From Minisyncoccia bacterium (GTDB lineage Bacteria; Patescibacteriota; Minisyncoccia; Phycocordibacterales; JAACPR01): a stretch of DNA of 64,000 bases. The position numbers were made by a program, and so were the translations under genes. Under the pieces are notes generated by a model. It saw nothing but the letters and a program-made list of their open reading frames with translations. It searched no databases and had not been told where the DNA came from. The stretch spans positions 6,054 through 70,053 of the forward strand of contig JBLINH010000001.1 in assembly GCA_047639165.1 (NCBI GenBank). Direction: 5' to 3'. This document shows positions 1 through 8,315 of this stretch, piece by piece (position 1 is the first letter of the stretch; each line of letters starts with the position of its first letter).

Positions 1-2
1 TC

Positions 3-545
3 AATGCTAATGCTACTAATGATTTCAGGAGAGCACTTCGAGAGTTCATGTTGGCAAAGACTGACAAACTAATTCTTGACCTTAGAGGAAACCCAGGAGG
101 ATTCCTGACCGCAGCTATAGATATTTCAAGTTGGTTCCTTCCAGCAGGAAAGATTGTGGTGAAAGAAGACTTTGGAGGTAAAGAGGACGAAGAGGTATTT
201 AGAAGTAGAGGATACAACATATTTAACGACAACTTAAAAATGGCAATACTTGTAAATGGTGGTAGCGCCTCAGCATCTGAAATTGTTGCAGGTGCACTAC
301 AATCACATGGTATTGCAGAGTTAATAGGAACAAACACATATGGTAAAGGGTCTGTTCAAGAGTTGATGGATATTACAGAAGAAACTTCATTGAAGGTTAC
401 TATCGCTAGGTGGTTAACACCAAATGGGAAATCTATATCAGATGGGGGACTTAGTCCTGATATAGAGGTAGAGTTTACAAATGAAGATTTTGAAGCAAAG
501 AAAGATCCACAGTTAGATGCCGCAATCGATTATTTATTAAAGTAA
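3..545 (+). CDS. C-terminal processing protease, S41 family (5'-truncated by window)
   Basis: [18 protein letters not shown] and TYGKGSVQ motifs; frame is open back to base 3. Confidence 0.92.
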   Translation, partial: NANATNDFRRALREFMLAKTDKLILDLRGNPGGFLTAAIDISSWFLPAGKIVVKEDFGGKEDEEVFRSRGYNIFNDNLKMAILVNGGSASASEIVAGALQSHGIAELIGTNTYGKGSVQELMDITEETSLKVTIARWLTPNGKSISDGGLSPDIEVEFTNEDFEAKKDPQLDAAIDYLLK

Positions 546-550
546 GAAAT

Positions 551-994
551 ATGAAAGTTATTCTATTAAAAGATGTAAAGAACGTAGGAAAGAGACTTGA
601 TGTGAAAGAAGTTAGCCAAGGGTATGGAATGAATTTTCTAATAAAAAGAGGTTTAGCCAAAGTCGCAACAAAGAATGAAGAAGCTAAAGTAAAGATTCTT
701 AAGAGGGAAGAGCAGGTCAAAGGAGAGGTAAGTGACAAGCTAACAGAAAAAGTTTTCTCTCAAATTGACGGAAGAGAGATTACTCTAAAAGCTAAAGTAA
801 ATGAGAAAGGACATTTATTTAGTTCTTTAAATGAAAAACATATTGCTTCAGCAATAGGGGAGCAACTAAAGATTGAGATTAATGCTAAATGGATTGTTCT
901 AAAAGAACCTATAAAAGAAGCTACAAAGTTTTCTGTTCCTATTCAATCAGAGAAACATAAAGCTACTGTTATTCTAAATGTAGAAGGAGAGTAG
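551..994 (+). CDS. rplI: 50S ribosomal protein L9
   Basis: [14 protein letters not shown]...V.QGYG.NFLI..GLA N-terminus, 147 aa. Confidence 0.95.
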   Translation: MKVILLKDVKNVGKRLDVKEVSQGYGMNFLIKRGLAKVATKNEEAKVKILKREEQVKGEVSDKLTEKVFSQIDGREITLKAKVNEKGHLFSSLNEKHIASAIGEQLKIEINAKWIVLKEPIKEATKFSVPIQSEKHKATVILNVEGE

Positions 995-1004
995 ATAGAT
1001 TGAT

Positions 1005-1041
1005 AAAAAAAGAGCCAACACATTGTGTTGGCTCTTTTTTT
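1005..1041. terminator. Bidirectional intrinsic terminator between convergent rplI and rpmA
   Basis: A-tract, GAGCCAACACA/TGTGTTGGCTC stem, T-tract. Confidence 0.85.
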
Positions 1042-1049
1042 GTTTTTCT

Positions 1050-1322
1050 TTAAACAACGTTTACAACTTTCTTTACAACAACTCTGTTGTTGTAACTTGT
1101 CTTTCTCTTAGAAGAGAATTCAACCCTTCCTTCCTTTAGAGCAAATAGAGTATGGTCTTTACCTAATCCAACGTTTTCTCCTGGTAGAATTTTTGTACCC
1201 CGCTGTCTTACAATGATTGAACCAATCTTTGTAACTTGACCAGCATAAAGCTTCACACCAAGATATTTTGGGTTTGAGTCTTTAAGGTTTTTTGTTGATC
1301 CTCCGGCTTTGACGTGTGACAT
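1050..1322 (-). CDS. rpmA: 50S ribosomal protein L27
   Basis: [39 protein letters not shown]. Confidence 0.97.
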   Translation of the reverse strand: MSHVKAGGSTKNLKDSNPKYLGVKLYAGQVTKIGSIIVRQRGTKILPGENVGLGKDHTLFALKEGRVEFSSKRKTSYNNRVVVKKVVNVV

Positions 1323-1375
1323 GGTTTATGATTTTTTTATATTTCTTTTATCACTAATATGATAAACAATTAGGT

Positions 1376-1723
1376 ATGACTTTACAGTATATATTAAAAA
1401 AAATCAAGGGAAATAAGGGGTTAGTAGAATATTTACTTAATATAGGAATAATTGGTACAGCTCTATCAGTAGCGTATGGATTAGGGTTAGTGGCTACAAT
1501 ACAGGCTAATGAGCCCAAAATTAGCTTTGAACAGAATGATTTGGTGGTATCCATAAAAGGGAACACTGAAAGTATAGGAAGCTTTTTAGCATCAAAAAAC
1601 GGTACGAAGTACTACCCAACAGGTTGTAAGTCGTCTAATCGTATAAAAGAGGGAAATAAGGTCTATTTTTCTTCTGAAGATGAGGCTAAAAAAGCAGGTT
1701 TTGAGCTATCTAAAACATGCTAA
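1376..1723 (+). CDS. Membrane-anchored protein with C-terminal Ada metal-binding-like domain
   Basis: N-terminal TM helix; ASKNGTKYY...C...RI...N.V.F.SE.EA..AGF.....C pattern. Confidence 0.7.
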   Translation: MTLQYILKKIKGNKGLVEYLLNIGIIGTALSVAYGLGLVATIQANEPKISFEQNDLVVSIKGNTESIGSFLASKNGTKYYPTGCKSSNRIKEGNKVYFSSEDEAKKAGFELSKTC

Positions 1724-1763
1724 AATCCTTACTTTACACTTGTTTATAGCCATATTTAAGCTA

Positions 1764-1793
1764 TTGACTTTTAGGTAGTAAAGATGCTATAAT
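1764..1793 (+). promoter_or_regulatory. Sigma70 promoter for the transglycosylase gene
   Basis: TTGACT (1764), 18 nt, TATAAT (1788) with extended TG; TSS expected near 1800. Confidence 0.75.
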
Positions 1794-1799
1794 AGTGTC

Positions 1800-1908
1800 A
1801 ACTCAGACACGCGCTGGGTTTTTGTTTTACCTCGGTAAAACAATACGTTTCAAGACTTCTATCAAATTTCCTTGAAACCTGCGTTCGAAATTATGGTTGC
1901 ATACGCAG
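1800..1908 (+). promoter_or_regulatory. Structured 5' leader with four tandem hairpins (candidate cis-regulatory RNA)
   Basis: Stems 1801-06/1814-19, 1822-30/1835-43, 1847-54/1871-78, 1879-84/1903-08. Confidence 0.5.
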
Positions 1909-2400
1909 ATTATCTTTAAGAATTGGCTTATTATACAATTGACAATCAGTCTTGCCATGCTTGTAGCTTCAGTTACTGGTGCAGGACAAGAAGTCGTACT
2001 CAATCGAGTTGGAACACAACCGATTGAGGTAGAAGAGCGAGTACGAGTAGTAGATGAAATTGTAGTTGAAACTACAACTTTGACAACTAAAGAATACGTT
2101 AACGAATACTTCAAGGATACACCTATTCTTGTAGATGTAGCCTACTGTGAGTCTGGTATCAGACAATTCAGTACTAATGGGCAACCATTACGAGGTATAG
2201 TTAACCCACAAGATGTTGGAGTTATGCAGATTAATGAAAAGTATCACTTAGATACTTCAGTTAGACTAGGCATAGACATCTACACACTTGAAGGTAATCT
2301 AGCTTATGGTAAGTATCTATACGAAACGCAAGGTACAGCGCCGTGGGAATATTCTTCTAAGTGTTGGGGTAAAACCCGAGAAGTAGCGTTGTTAAACTAA
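1897..2400 (+). CDS. Secreted lysozyme-fold lytic transglycosylase (SLT/Rpf-like); start codon uncertain
   Basis: Signal peptide; VAYCESG (catalytic Glu), DVGVMQIN, G..PW..S..CW. Confidence 0.8.
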   Translation: MHTQIIFKNWLIIQLTISLAMLVASVTGAGQEVVLNRVGTQPIEVEERVRVVDEIVVETTTLTTKEYVNEYFKDTPILVDVAYCESGIRQFSTNGQPLRGIVNPQDVGVMQINEKYHLDTSVRLGIDIYTLEGNLAYGKYLYETQGTAPWEYSSKCWGKTREVALLN

Positions 2401-2406
2401 CAACAA

Positions 2407-2439
2407 ACAAAAGCCACTACATACTGTAGTGGCTTTTGT
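2407..2439. terminator. Intrinsic terminator
   Basis: ACAAAAGCCACTACA/TGTAGTGGCTTTTGT inverted repeat just after the stop codon. Confidence 0.85.
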
Positions 2440-2478
2440 GTTTTATAAAATATTTAAGTTTTCTTATTTAGAGACATA

Positions 2479-2601
2479 AACGGGGAAGTGCTTCTCTTTA
2501 AAAAAGAACTCTTTTATTTCCTCCGGAAAAGCTCCGACTCTCGGAGCGAACCCCTCCGGTGTCAGATCGTGCGTAAATGAAACGGTATCGGTAAAAAGGG
2601 G
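2479..2601 (-). ncRNA. GC-rich structured intergenic element, candidate ncRNA
   Basis: Nested stems CCGGA/TCCGG (2523-27/2555-59) and GCTCCGA/TCGGAGC (2531-37/2541-47) in AT-rich surroundings; G-U extension favours the minus strand. Confidence 0.35.
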
Positions 2602-2625
2602 ATTTTTAAAAAAATAAAAAGCACC

Positions 2626-2634
2626 TGTGGATAA
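2626..2634. promoter_or_regulatory. Single consensus DnaA box
   Basis: TGTGGATAA (reverse complement TTATCCACA), intergenic. Confidence 0.45.
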
Positions 2635-2643
2635 CTTTAATAG

Positions 2644-2688
2644 TATGTCGCACAATATATCTTTTATCCTGAAACGTTATACGACATA
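2644..2688. repeat. Inverted pair of Xer/dif-like half-sites
   Basis: TATGTCGCACAA (2644-2655) and TTATACGACATA (2677-2688), 21-nt spacer. Confidence 0.55.
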
Positions 2689-2723
2689 TATACATAAGCC
2701 TTTATATATAAGGCTTATGTATA
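2689..2723. repeat. Perfect 14-bp inverted repeat (hairpin) right after the nuclease gene stop
   Basis: TATACATAAGCCTT-tatatat-AAGGCTTATGTATA. Confidence 0.85.
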
Positions 2724-2727
2724 GTGT

Positions 2728-3360
2728 TTATTCTTTTGCCTTCATCTTCTTGCAGAACTCTTTAAAAGAGGATACATCCATCAGGAATTGGTTCTTTGTA
2801 AGCCCCTTCTTTTTATTCTTTAATAAAATATTCATTTCATCTTGGGATGTGTCCTCATTTATTTGTAAAAATATTACAGGGAACTCGTTCATCATTTTAA
2901 GGTCATACTTACGTAGTTTGCTATTCAAACATCCTAATAAGCTACCTTTGTCATTGGCATAAAAAACATCTACAGAAAAATGTTTCTTTTTATAAGAAAT
3001 AAAGAAATCTGACTTAGCTCTATGATCATCAGTGAAAGAAAAGTTTCTGTGTATACTACGAGGCTCAAAATTGGCTTCTAAGAGTTTGTAAATTTTTTTA
3101 ACGTAGTTTTGTTTACGTAGATATATGTCAGAGGCCCTTTTTGAACTATAAGAACCTTCAGCCAAATTATGTTGGCCGGTAAGTTTCAATTCTTTTCTTA
3201 AATTTACCAGTCCCCCAAACCTTCTTTGAATTTGGCGTGAAGATGGGAGGTCCTCATGTTTATCAAATTCTACAGATGTTGGATACCTTTTATTGACTTT
3301 ATAAAAAGAGGTTAGTCCTTTTTTTATTTTCTTTAAGTCCCAAGTAGGTTTTTTTGGCAT
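2728..3360 (-). CDS. Putative nuclease: homing-endonuclease-associated-repeat-like N-terminus plus PD-(D/E)XK-like domain
   Basis: R.PT..EFD....LPSSRQIQRRFGGL..LR..L then SDFFI......FSVDVF. Confidence 0.55.
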   Translation of the reverse strand: MPKKPTWDLKKIKKGLTSFYKVNKRYPTSVEFDKHEDLPSSRQIQRRFGGLVNLRKELKLTGQHNLAEGSYSSKRASDIYLRKQNYVKKIYKLLEANFEPRSIHRNFSFTDDHRAKSDFFISYKKKHFSVDVFYANDKGSLLGCLNSKLRKYDLKMMNEFPVIFLQINEDTSQDEMNILLKNKKKGLTKNQFLMDVSSFKEFCKKMKAKE

Positions 3361-3378
3361 ACAGTATTATATCATACG

Positions 3379-3392
3379 TATGTCGTATAACG
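3379..3392. repeat. Third copy of the half-site; exact reverse complement of 2675-2688
   Basis: TATGTCGTATAACG vs CGTTATACGACATA (14/14). Confidence 0.85.
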
Positions 3393-3398
3393 GACTTG

Positions 3399-4421
3399 TT
3401 ATTTCATCATCTTTCTTAAAACAAATAGTTTATACCAAATCTTTTTGTTTACAATATCAAAGAAACTAGAATGGTTTAAAGTTTCACCACCAAATCTTTT
3501 TTTATATAAAGTAAGCTTCTTTAGTGACGGAACTTTGTTTTCATTTGAACTAATACCACCAAAATTGTATTTTTCTAAGCCTAAACTTTTAGCATGTTTG
3601 ATACTCTCAAATTGCGCTTTGTGCGAGTAGGGGACTTTCCTATATGAATCTCCTGACGCTCCATACAAATACATAGCTTCTTTCCCATATGTTATGAATA
3701 GGAAAACACCCACCACTTCCCTATCGATTTTTGAAATTGTTAGGAAGCCATTTTTCTTTTCCTCGATACTTTTAAACACTTCCTTATAGTATTCTTCCGG
3801 ATGTAGAGTGAATCCATTTCTTTTGGATGTAGCGTTCATTAATTTAACAAATACATCAAAATACTCTTTGAAGTTTTCAGAGATTATTTCAATTTCTGAA
3901 TTTTTGCGTTCAGCTAACCTAATACTGTACCTAGTCTTTTGGTGAAACTCTTTAGTGATTTTTTCTATAGGTTTAGTCAGGTCTAGTATCCATTCTGCAC
4001 GTGGTTGGAAGTATGATCCTTTGTACGTTGCCCTGGAGGCTTTATTGAAATACTTTTTAAGAACCCCATCATCTAGTGTTGGATTAAAATCTAATCTAAA
4101 GAATATTCCATTTCTATCTTTGAGTAGTTTGGTTAATCCTTCTTTTAGGAAAGGTAGAACTTTTTCAGTATCGTCTATATTTAATACTGGACCATATGGA
4201 GCATAGAAATATTTTTGTCCAAAAGGTAAGCTCACTTCAATGGCTTGTACGTATGCAAGAACTTTCCCATCTTCTTCTACAGAAAATCTACAAACACTCT
4301 TACCAAGATTCTCATGCCAGGAACCATAGAAAGGAGCTTGGATAAAGGATCCTTTGTTTTTTATGATGAAATCATTATACTTCTCACCACTTTCTATTTT
4401 GTTAAAAGTTAATCCGTTCAT
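3399..4421 (-). CDS. FemAB/FemX-family aminoacyl-tRNA-dependent peptidoglycan bridge transferase
   Basis: FIQ...YG, YAPYGPV, KTRYSIRLAERK, YLYGAS, YNFGGI, YKKRFGG. Confidence 0.9.
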   Translation of the reverse strand: MNGLTFNKIESGEKYNDFIIKNKGSFIQAPFYGSWHENLGKSVCRFSVEEDGKVLAYVQAIEVSLPFGQKYFYAPYGPVLNIDDTEKVLPFLKEGLTKLLKDRNGIFFRLDFNPTLDDGVLKKYFNKASRATYKGSYFQPRAEWILDLTKPIEKITKEFHQKTRYSIRLAERKNSEIEIISENFKEYFDVFVKLMNATSKRNGFTLHPEEYYKEVFKSIEEKKNGFLTISKIDREVVGVFLFITYGKEAMYLYGASGDSYRKVPYSHKAQFESIKHAKSLGLEKYNFGGISSNENKVPSLKKLTLYKKRFGGETLNHSSFFDIVNKKIWYKLFVLRKMMK

Positions 4422-5725
4422 TATAGTTTTGGTAAGTATTCCATAGGATCAAGATATGAATCAAGAGAAGCTGCTGGGATGGTTACATTGTAAGCACCAC
4501 ATCCATATGAGCTAGGAGCCACCTCTCTATAGTTAATAACATTAACACCTTGGTTAATATATAGAGAAAGGTGAAGGTGTGGACCTGTACTTATACCTGA
4601 AGTTCCACTATATGCGATTACTTGTCCTTGTTCCACTCTTTGTCCTATCTTAGCAGTTACACTTGAAAGGTGAGCATACATAGTTGAAAGTCCATTATCA
4701 TGTTCAACCAGTATCCACTTACCCCATGAATTACATCCTGGATATGCATCAGTATTATCAGTTCCCTTCACTACACCAGAAGAAACTGTTTTAACTGGTG
4801 TTCCGATTGGTACTCCAAAGTCCATACCATTATGAAATGCTCTACCATATATATGAGTGTTTCTTTTAGCAAAAGCTGTACCACCAAATCGTTGTGTGAT
4901 TATGAAGTTAGAAACAGGCCATCCGAATATACCACTTTTAGCTTTTTGAAATCCATCAGGATCAATGATGACTTGAAGTTGTGATTCAAACTCTAGTAAT
5001 TCTTGTTCGAAAGCATCTTTTATCCTTACCTTTTCAGCTAAGACTTTTTTGTATTCGCTTTCTTCATTCTTTGTTTGAGCCAAGAGGGTATCCTTTTGTT
5101 TCTTTGTATGAGCTACTGCCTCCTTCTTTCCACCAAGAGTCACTTTGGTAGTTTCAAGAACTTCTTTTTCTTCTGTCTCTTCTACTTTCTTTTCGGTAAG
5201 TTCCCCGTTTAGAACTTTCAATGTGTATACAGAGTCTCGAACCTTATCTTGGAAGTTTTCAAGATTGTTTAAGGCAATCCAAAAATCAGACATAGACTCA
5301 TGTCCGAAAAGGATTTCAAGTAGTGAAGTAGATTCAAATTCGTCCAGTCTTCGAAGAGCTTCTCCTAATGCTTCACTATTTAAATCAATCTTTTCAGTCT
5401 TGTTATCTATCTCCACAGATATCTTCTGAATAGTTAATTCAGTTTTTATGATATTAGTTTCAGTGTATTTAATGTCGCTACTTAGTTTATTCTCTGTGGC
5501 TTTAAGTGAGTTTACAGTACCTTGCAAGGAATTTGTTCTTTTGTTTGCTTCTTTAACTTTAGCTTCTTGTTTCTGTATATCTTTATTTATTTCCTCTATC
5601 TTGTTGGAAGCTTGATCAATTTTGTTTTCAAGTTCGTCTACACTTTGGGCGTGCAAAAGAAAAGGAATTAGAAGAATTCCCAAAATTAGAAATATACTTT
5701 TATTTTTTAGAAATCTTAAGTGCAT
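4421..5725 (-). CDS. Coiled-coil M23 family murein endopeptidase
   Basis: Signal peptide, long coiled coil, HNGMD, YAHL, STGPHLH. Confidence 0.9.
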   Translation of the reverse strand: MHLRFLKNKSIFLILGILLIPFLLHAQSVDELENKIDQASNKIEEINKDIQKQEAKVKEANKRTNSLQGTVNSLKATENKLSSDIKYTETNIIKTELTIQKISVEIDNKTEKIDLNSEALGEALRRLDEFESTSLLEILFGHESMSDFWIALNNLENFQDKVRDSVYTLKVLNGELTEKKVEETEEKEVLETTKVTLGGKKEAVAHTKKQKDTLLAQTKNEESEYKKVLAEKVRIKDAFEQELLEFESQLQVIIDPDGFQKAKSGIFGWPVSNFIITQRFGGTAFAKRNTHIYGRAFHNGMDFGVPIGTPVKTVSSGVVKGTDNTDAYPGCNSWGKWILVEHDNGLSTMYAHLSSVTAKIGQRVEQGQVIAYSGTSGISTGPHLHLSLYINQGVNVINYREVAPSSYGCGAYNVTIPAASLDSYLDPMEYLPKL

Positions 5726-7049
5726 GATTGATACGGTTTAAGGTTTTTTCTTTTCCTAGTATTCCGGAAATCTCAAAAGGATCGGGAGACCTGTCTCTTC
5801 CTGAAAGAGAGTATCTCAAAGGCCAAAGAACGTCGCCTCTCCCCTCTTCGTTTGCATATGGCCAGATAGATTCTTTAATTTGAGCTTGTGTGAAATTATC
5901 TTTGTCCATTTCACTTATAATTTCTTTCACTTTCTCTAGATGTTTTACTGCCTCTTCAAGGCCTGTGTCTTTCCAAGAAAGTTTTTCTTTGTCGTATTCG
6001 GGCTGTTCATCGAAGTAGTCAAGTTCTCCATTTTTAATCATTTCATCTATGTCACTTATCTTCACTATCCTATCCAATATCACAGGTTTTAGTTTTAGAA
6101 TTGTTTCTCCGTCGAAGTTTAGTTTCATTAGTTTTTCAGAGACACAATGACAAAAATCATCATCAGAAAGAAGTTTTAGATATTCTTTGTTAAACCAATC
6201 TAGTTTTTCTGTATTAAAAATAGCTCCTCCTTTTTGAATTTGATTCAGAGAAAAACTTTCAACTAGTTCATCTAGTGAGAATATCTCCTGATCTGTTCCA
6301 GGGTTCCATCCAAGCATTGCTAGGTGGTTGATGATGGCTTCTTTTATGTACCCTTTCTCTCTGTAGTCTGAAATTGAAGTAGCACCGTCTCTTTTACTCA
6401 TTTTACTCTTATCCTTCCCTAGGATAAGGGGTAGATGGACGTATACTGGCCGTGGTGCACCGATTGCCTCTTGAATGAGTATTTGTCTGGGGGTGTTTGA
6501 AATACCGTCTTCACCTCGAATTACGTGGGTCACACCCATTTCGTAGTCATCCACTACAACAGCTAAGTGATACAAGGGTTCTGTGAACGATTTAGCGAGA
6601 ACAAAGTCTCCCAATTCTTCTGTCTTGAATTCTATCTCACCTCGTATTTCGTCGTTAAAAGAAATTATTTTGTTAGGATTTCTAAACCTAATCACTTCAG
6701 ATCTTGAACCTTCATCTTTTGGTTCTTCTTTTGAAACATATGCTTTATTTGTGTCCACTAAGTCCTTAATATATTTTTCATATATTTCAGTTCTTTCTGA
6801 TTGACGATATATTTCATCATGACAAAGATTCAACCAGTCCATACCTTCCAGTATGTTGGTTTCAAATTCTTTGGTACTTCTTTCCTTGTCAGTGTCTTCA
6901 ACACGAAGGATGAACTTACCACCGTACTTTCTAGCAAAGAGATAATTGAAAAGAGCGGTCCTCGCTGTACCAATGTGTAAATTACCAGTTGGTGATGGAG
7001 CGATTCTAGTAACTATTTGTTGTTTTTTATTTTTGAATATTCCGAACAT
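5700..7049 (-). CDS. gltX: Glutamate--tRNA ligase
   Basis: RIAPSPTG.LHIG.ARTAL, VIRGED, KMSKR. Confidence 0.97.
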   Translation of the reverse strand: MFGIFKNKKQQIVTRIAPSPTGNLHIGTARTALFNYLFARKYGGKFILRVEDTDKERSTKEFETNILEGMDWLNLCHDEIYRQSERTEIYEKYIKDLVDTNKAYVSKEEPKDEGSRSEVIRFRNPNKIISFNDEIRGEIEFKTEELGDFVLAKSFTEPLYHLAVVVDDYEMGVTHVIRGEDGISNTPRQILIQEAIGAPRPVYVHLPLILGKDKSKMSKRDGATSISDYREKGYIKEAIINHLAMLGWNPGTDQEIFSLDELVESFSLNQIQKGGAIFNTEKLDWFNKEYLKLLSDDDFCHCVSEKLMKLNFDGETILKLKPVILDRIVKISDIDEMIKNGELDYFDEQPEYDKEKLSWKDTGLEEAVKHLEKVKEIISEMDKDNFTQAQIKESIWPYANEEGRGDVLWPLRYSLSGRDRSPDPFEISGILGKEKTLNRINHALKISKK

Positions 7050-8176
7050 TATTCTTCGTGTTTTAATGCAGTTTTTATAATCTCAACAGCTATCTTTCTA
7101 CCAGCATCTGGAACTGCAAACTTTTTAGCATTCTCAATCATATTATTCCTGTAATCTTCGTTTTCAAATATTCTTGTGATTTCTCCCATCAATATTTCAG
7201 GTGTTGCATTGTGCTGTTCGATGACAACTCCTGCTCCACTACGTGCGTAGTTGAAAGCATTTGTTCTTTGATCATGACTAACGTCTTCAGGTATTGGAAT
7301 GATAATACTCGGTTTACCCCAAAGAGCAATTTCAAATAAGGAAGATCCTGCGCGTGTGATTACAAGAGAGCAGGCTCCTGCTGCCATTTTTACCCCAACA
7401 TCATTTAAATATTTCACAGGTTTGTATCGATCTTTGAATTCAGATAACTCTAACTTCATGTCTGATACTTTAGTTACTTGTTCAAAATTGTTCTGTCCTG
7501 TCTGATGTATGACTTGATACTTTTTCACAACATCTGAAAGAATATCAATGATTGCATCGTTGATAGCCCCAGCTCCTTGTGATCCTCCTATTACAAGAAT
7601 TATCGGGACGTCTTCTTCGAGTTCAAAGAATTTTGCACCTCCCTCTGGTGTCGGTATCTGTACAGCTTTTCGAATTGGGTTTCCAGTAAAGGCTACTCTC
7701 TCTTTAATGAAGAATTCTGCTGCTTCAGGATATGATACAGCAATCTTGTTGGCAAACTTACCAGCCCAAAGATTGGCTTTACCTGGCTTACTATCAGATT
7801 CGTGAATAATAATAGGAATATGTAATATTTTTCCTGCAATGACAGTAGGGATACTTCCGTAACCACCTTTGGAAAATATTACATCAGGATATATTCTAAA
7901 AATTACCCAAATGGCTTGGAATATACCGATAATTATTTTGAATAAATCTACAAAGTTTAGTAAAGAAAAATACTTTCTCTTTTTTCCTGATGTCACATAT
8001 CTGTACTCAATATTGTGATCAGACAGTAGACCTGAATTATATTGGCCTGGTGCCACAAAATACATCTTTGGATTTACCAATTTCTTTTCTCTGACTAATT
8101 CTGTCACTGCTTCTGCTACAGCAATGATTGGATAGAAATGTCCGCCTGTTACTCCTCCTGTGAATACTATTTTCAT
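7049..8176 (-). CDS. murG: UDP-GlcNAc:lipid I transferase MurG (start moved to MKIVFTGG)
   Basis: GGVTGGHFYP, KGGY, HESD..PG.AN, TGNPIR, GGSQGA, HDQ..NA. Confidence 0.95.
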   Translation of the reverse strand: MKIVFTGGVTGGHFYPIIAVAEAVTELVREKKLVNPKMYFVAPGQYNSGLLSDHNIEYRYVTSGKKRKYFSLLNFVDLFKIIIGIFQAIWVIFRIYPDVIFSKGGYGSIPTVIAGKILHIPIIIHESDSKPGKANLWAGKFANKIAVSYPEAAEFFIKERVAFTGNPIRKAVQIPTPEGGAKFFELEEDVPIILVIGGSQGAGAINDAIIDILSDVVKKYQVIHQTGQNNFEQVTKVSDMKLELSEFKDRYKPVKYLNDVGVKMAAGACSLVITRAGSSLFEIALWGKPSIIIPIPEDVSHDQRTNAFNYARSGAGVVIEQHNATPEILMGEITRIFENEDYRNNMIENAKKFAVPDAGRKIAVEIIKTALKHEE

Positions 8177-8196
8177 AAAGTAGATTATATCATATG

Positions 8197-8229
8197 AAAA
8201 GGGACGCAACTCGCGGGTTGCGTCCCTTT
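8197..8229 (-). terminator. Intrinsic terminator between ftsW and murG
   Basis: AAGGGACGCAAC/GTTGCGTCCCTT stem. Confidence 0.75.
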
Positions 8230-8315
8230 ATCTTATTCTAACTCTCATCTTCTTTTTTCGTTTCTTTCTAGAACCGGTTCTTTTGTAATTATATACCTCG
8301 TATATACAGAGTCAA

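Noticed and set aside
2620-2730. oriC
   Set aside because: Only one DnaA box, no dnaA or dnaN nearby, and flanking genes converge rather than diverge
2464-2962. ORFs 2464-2655 (-) and 2627-2962 (+)
   Set aside because: They overlap the structured element, the repeats and the antisense of the nuclease gene; weak starts and no protein-like motifs
8230-8312. Lys/Arg-rich minus-strand frame (NYKRTGSRKKRKKKMRVRIR*) after ftsW
   Set aside because: No usable start codon upstream of the basic tract; at most a remnant
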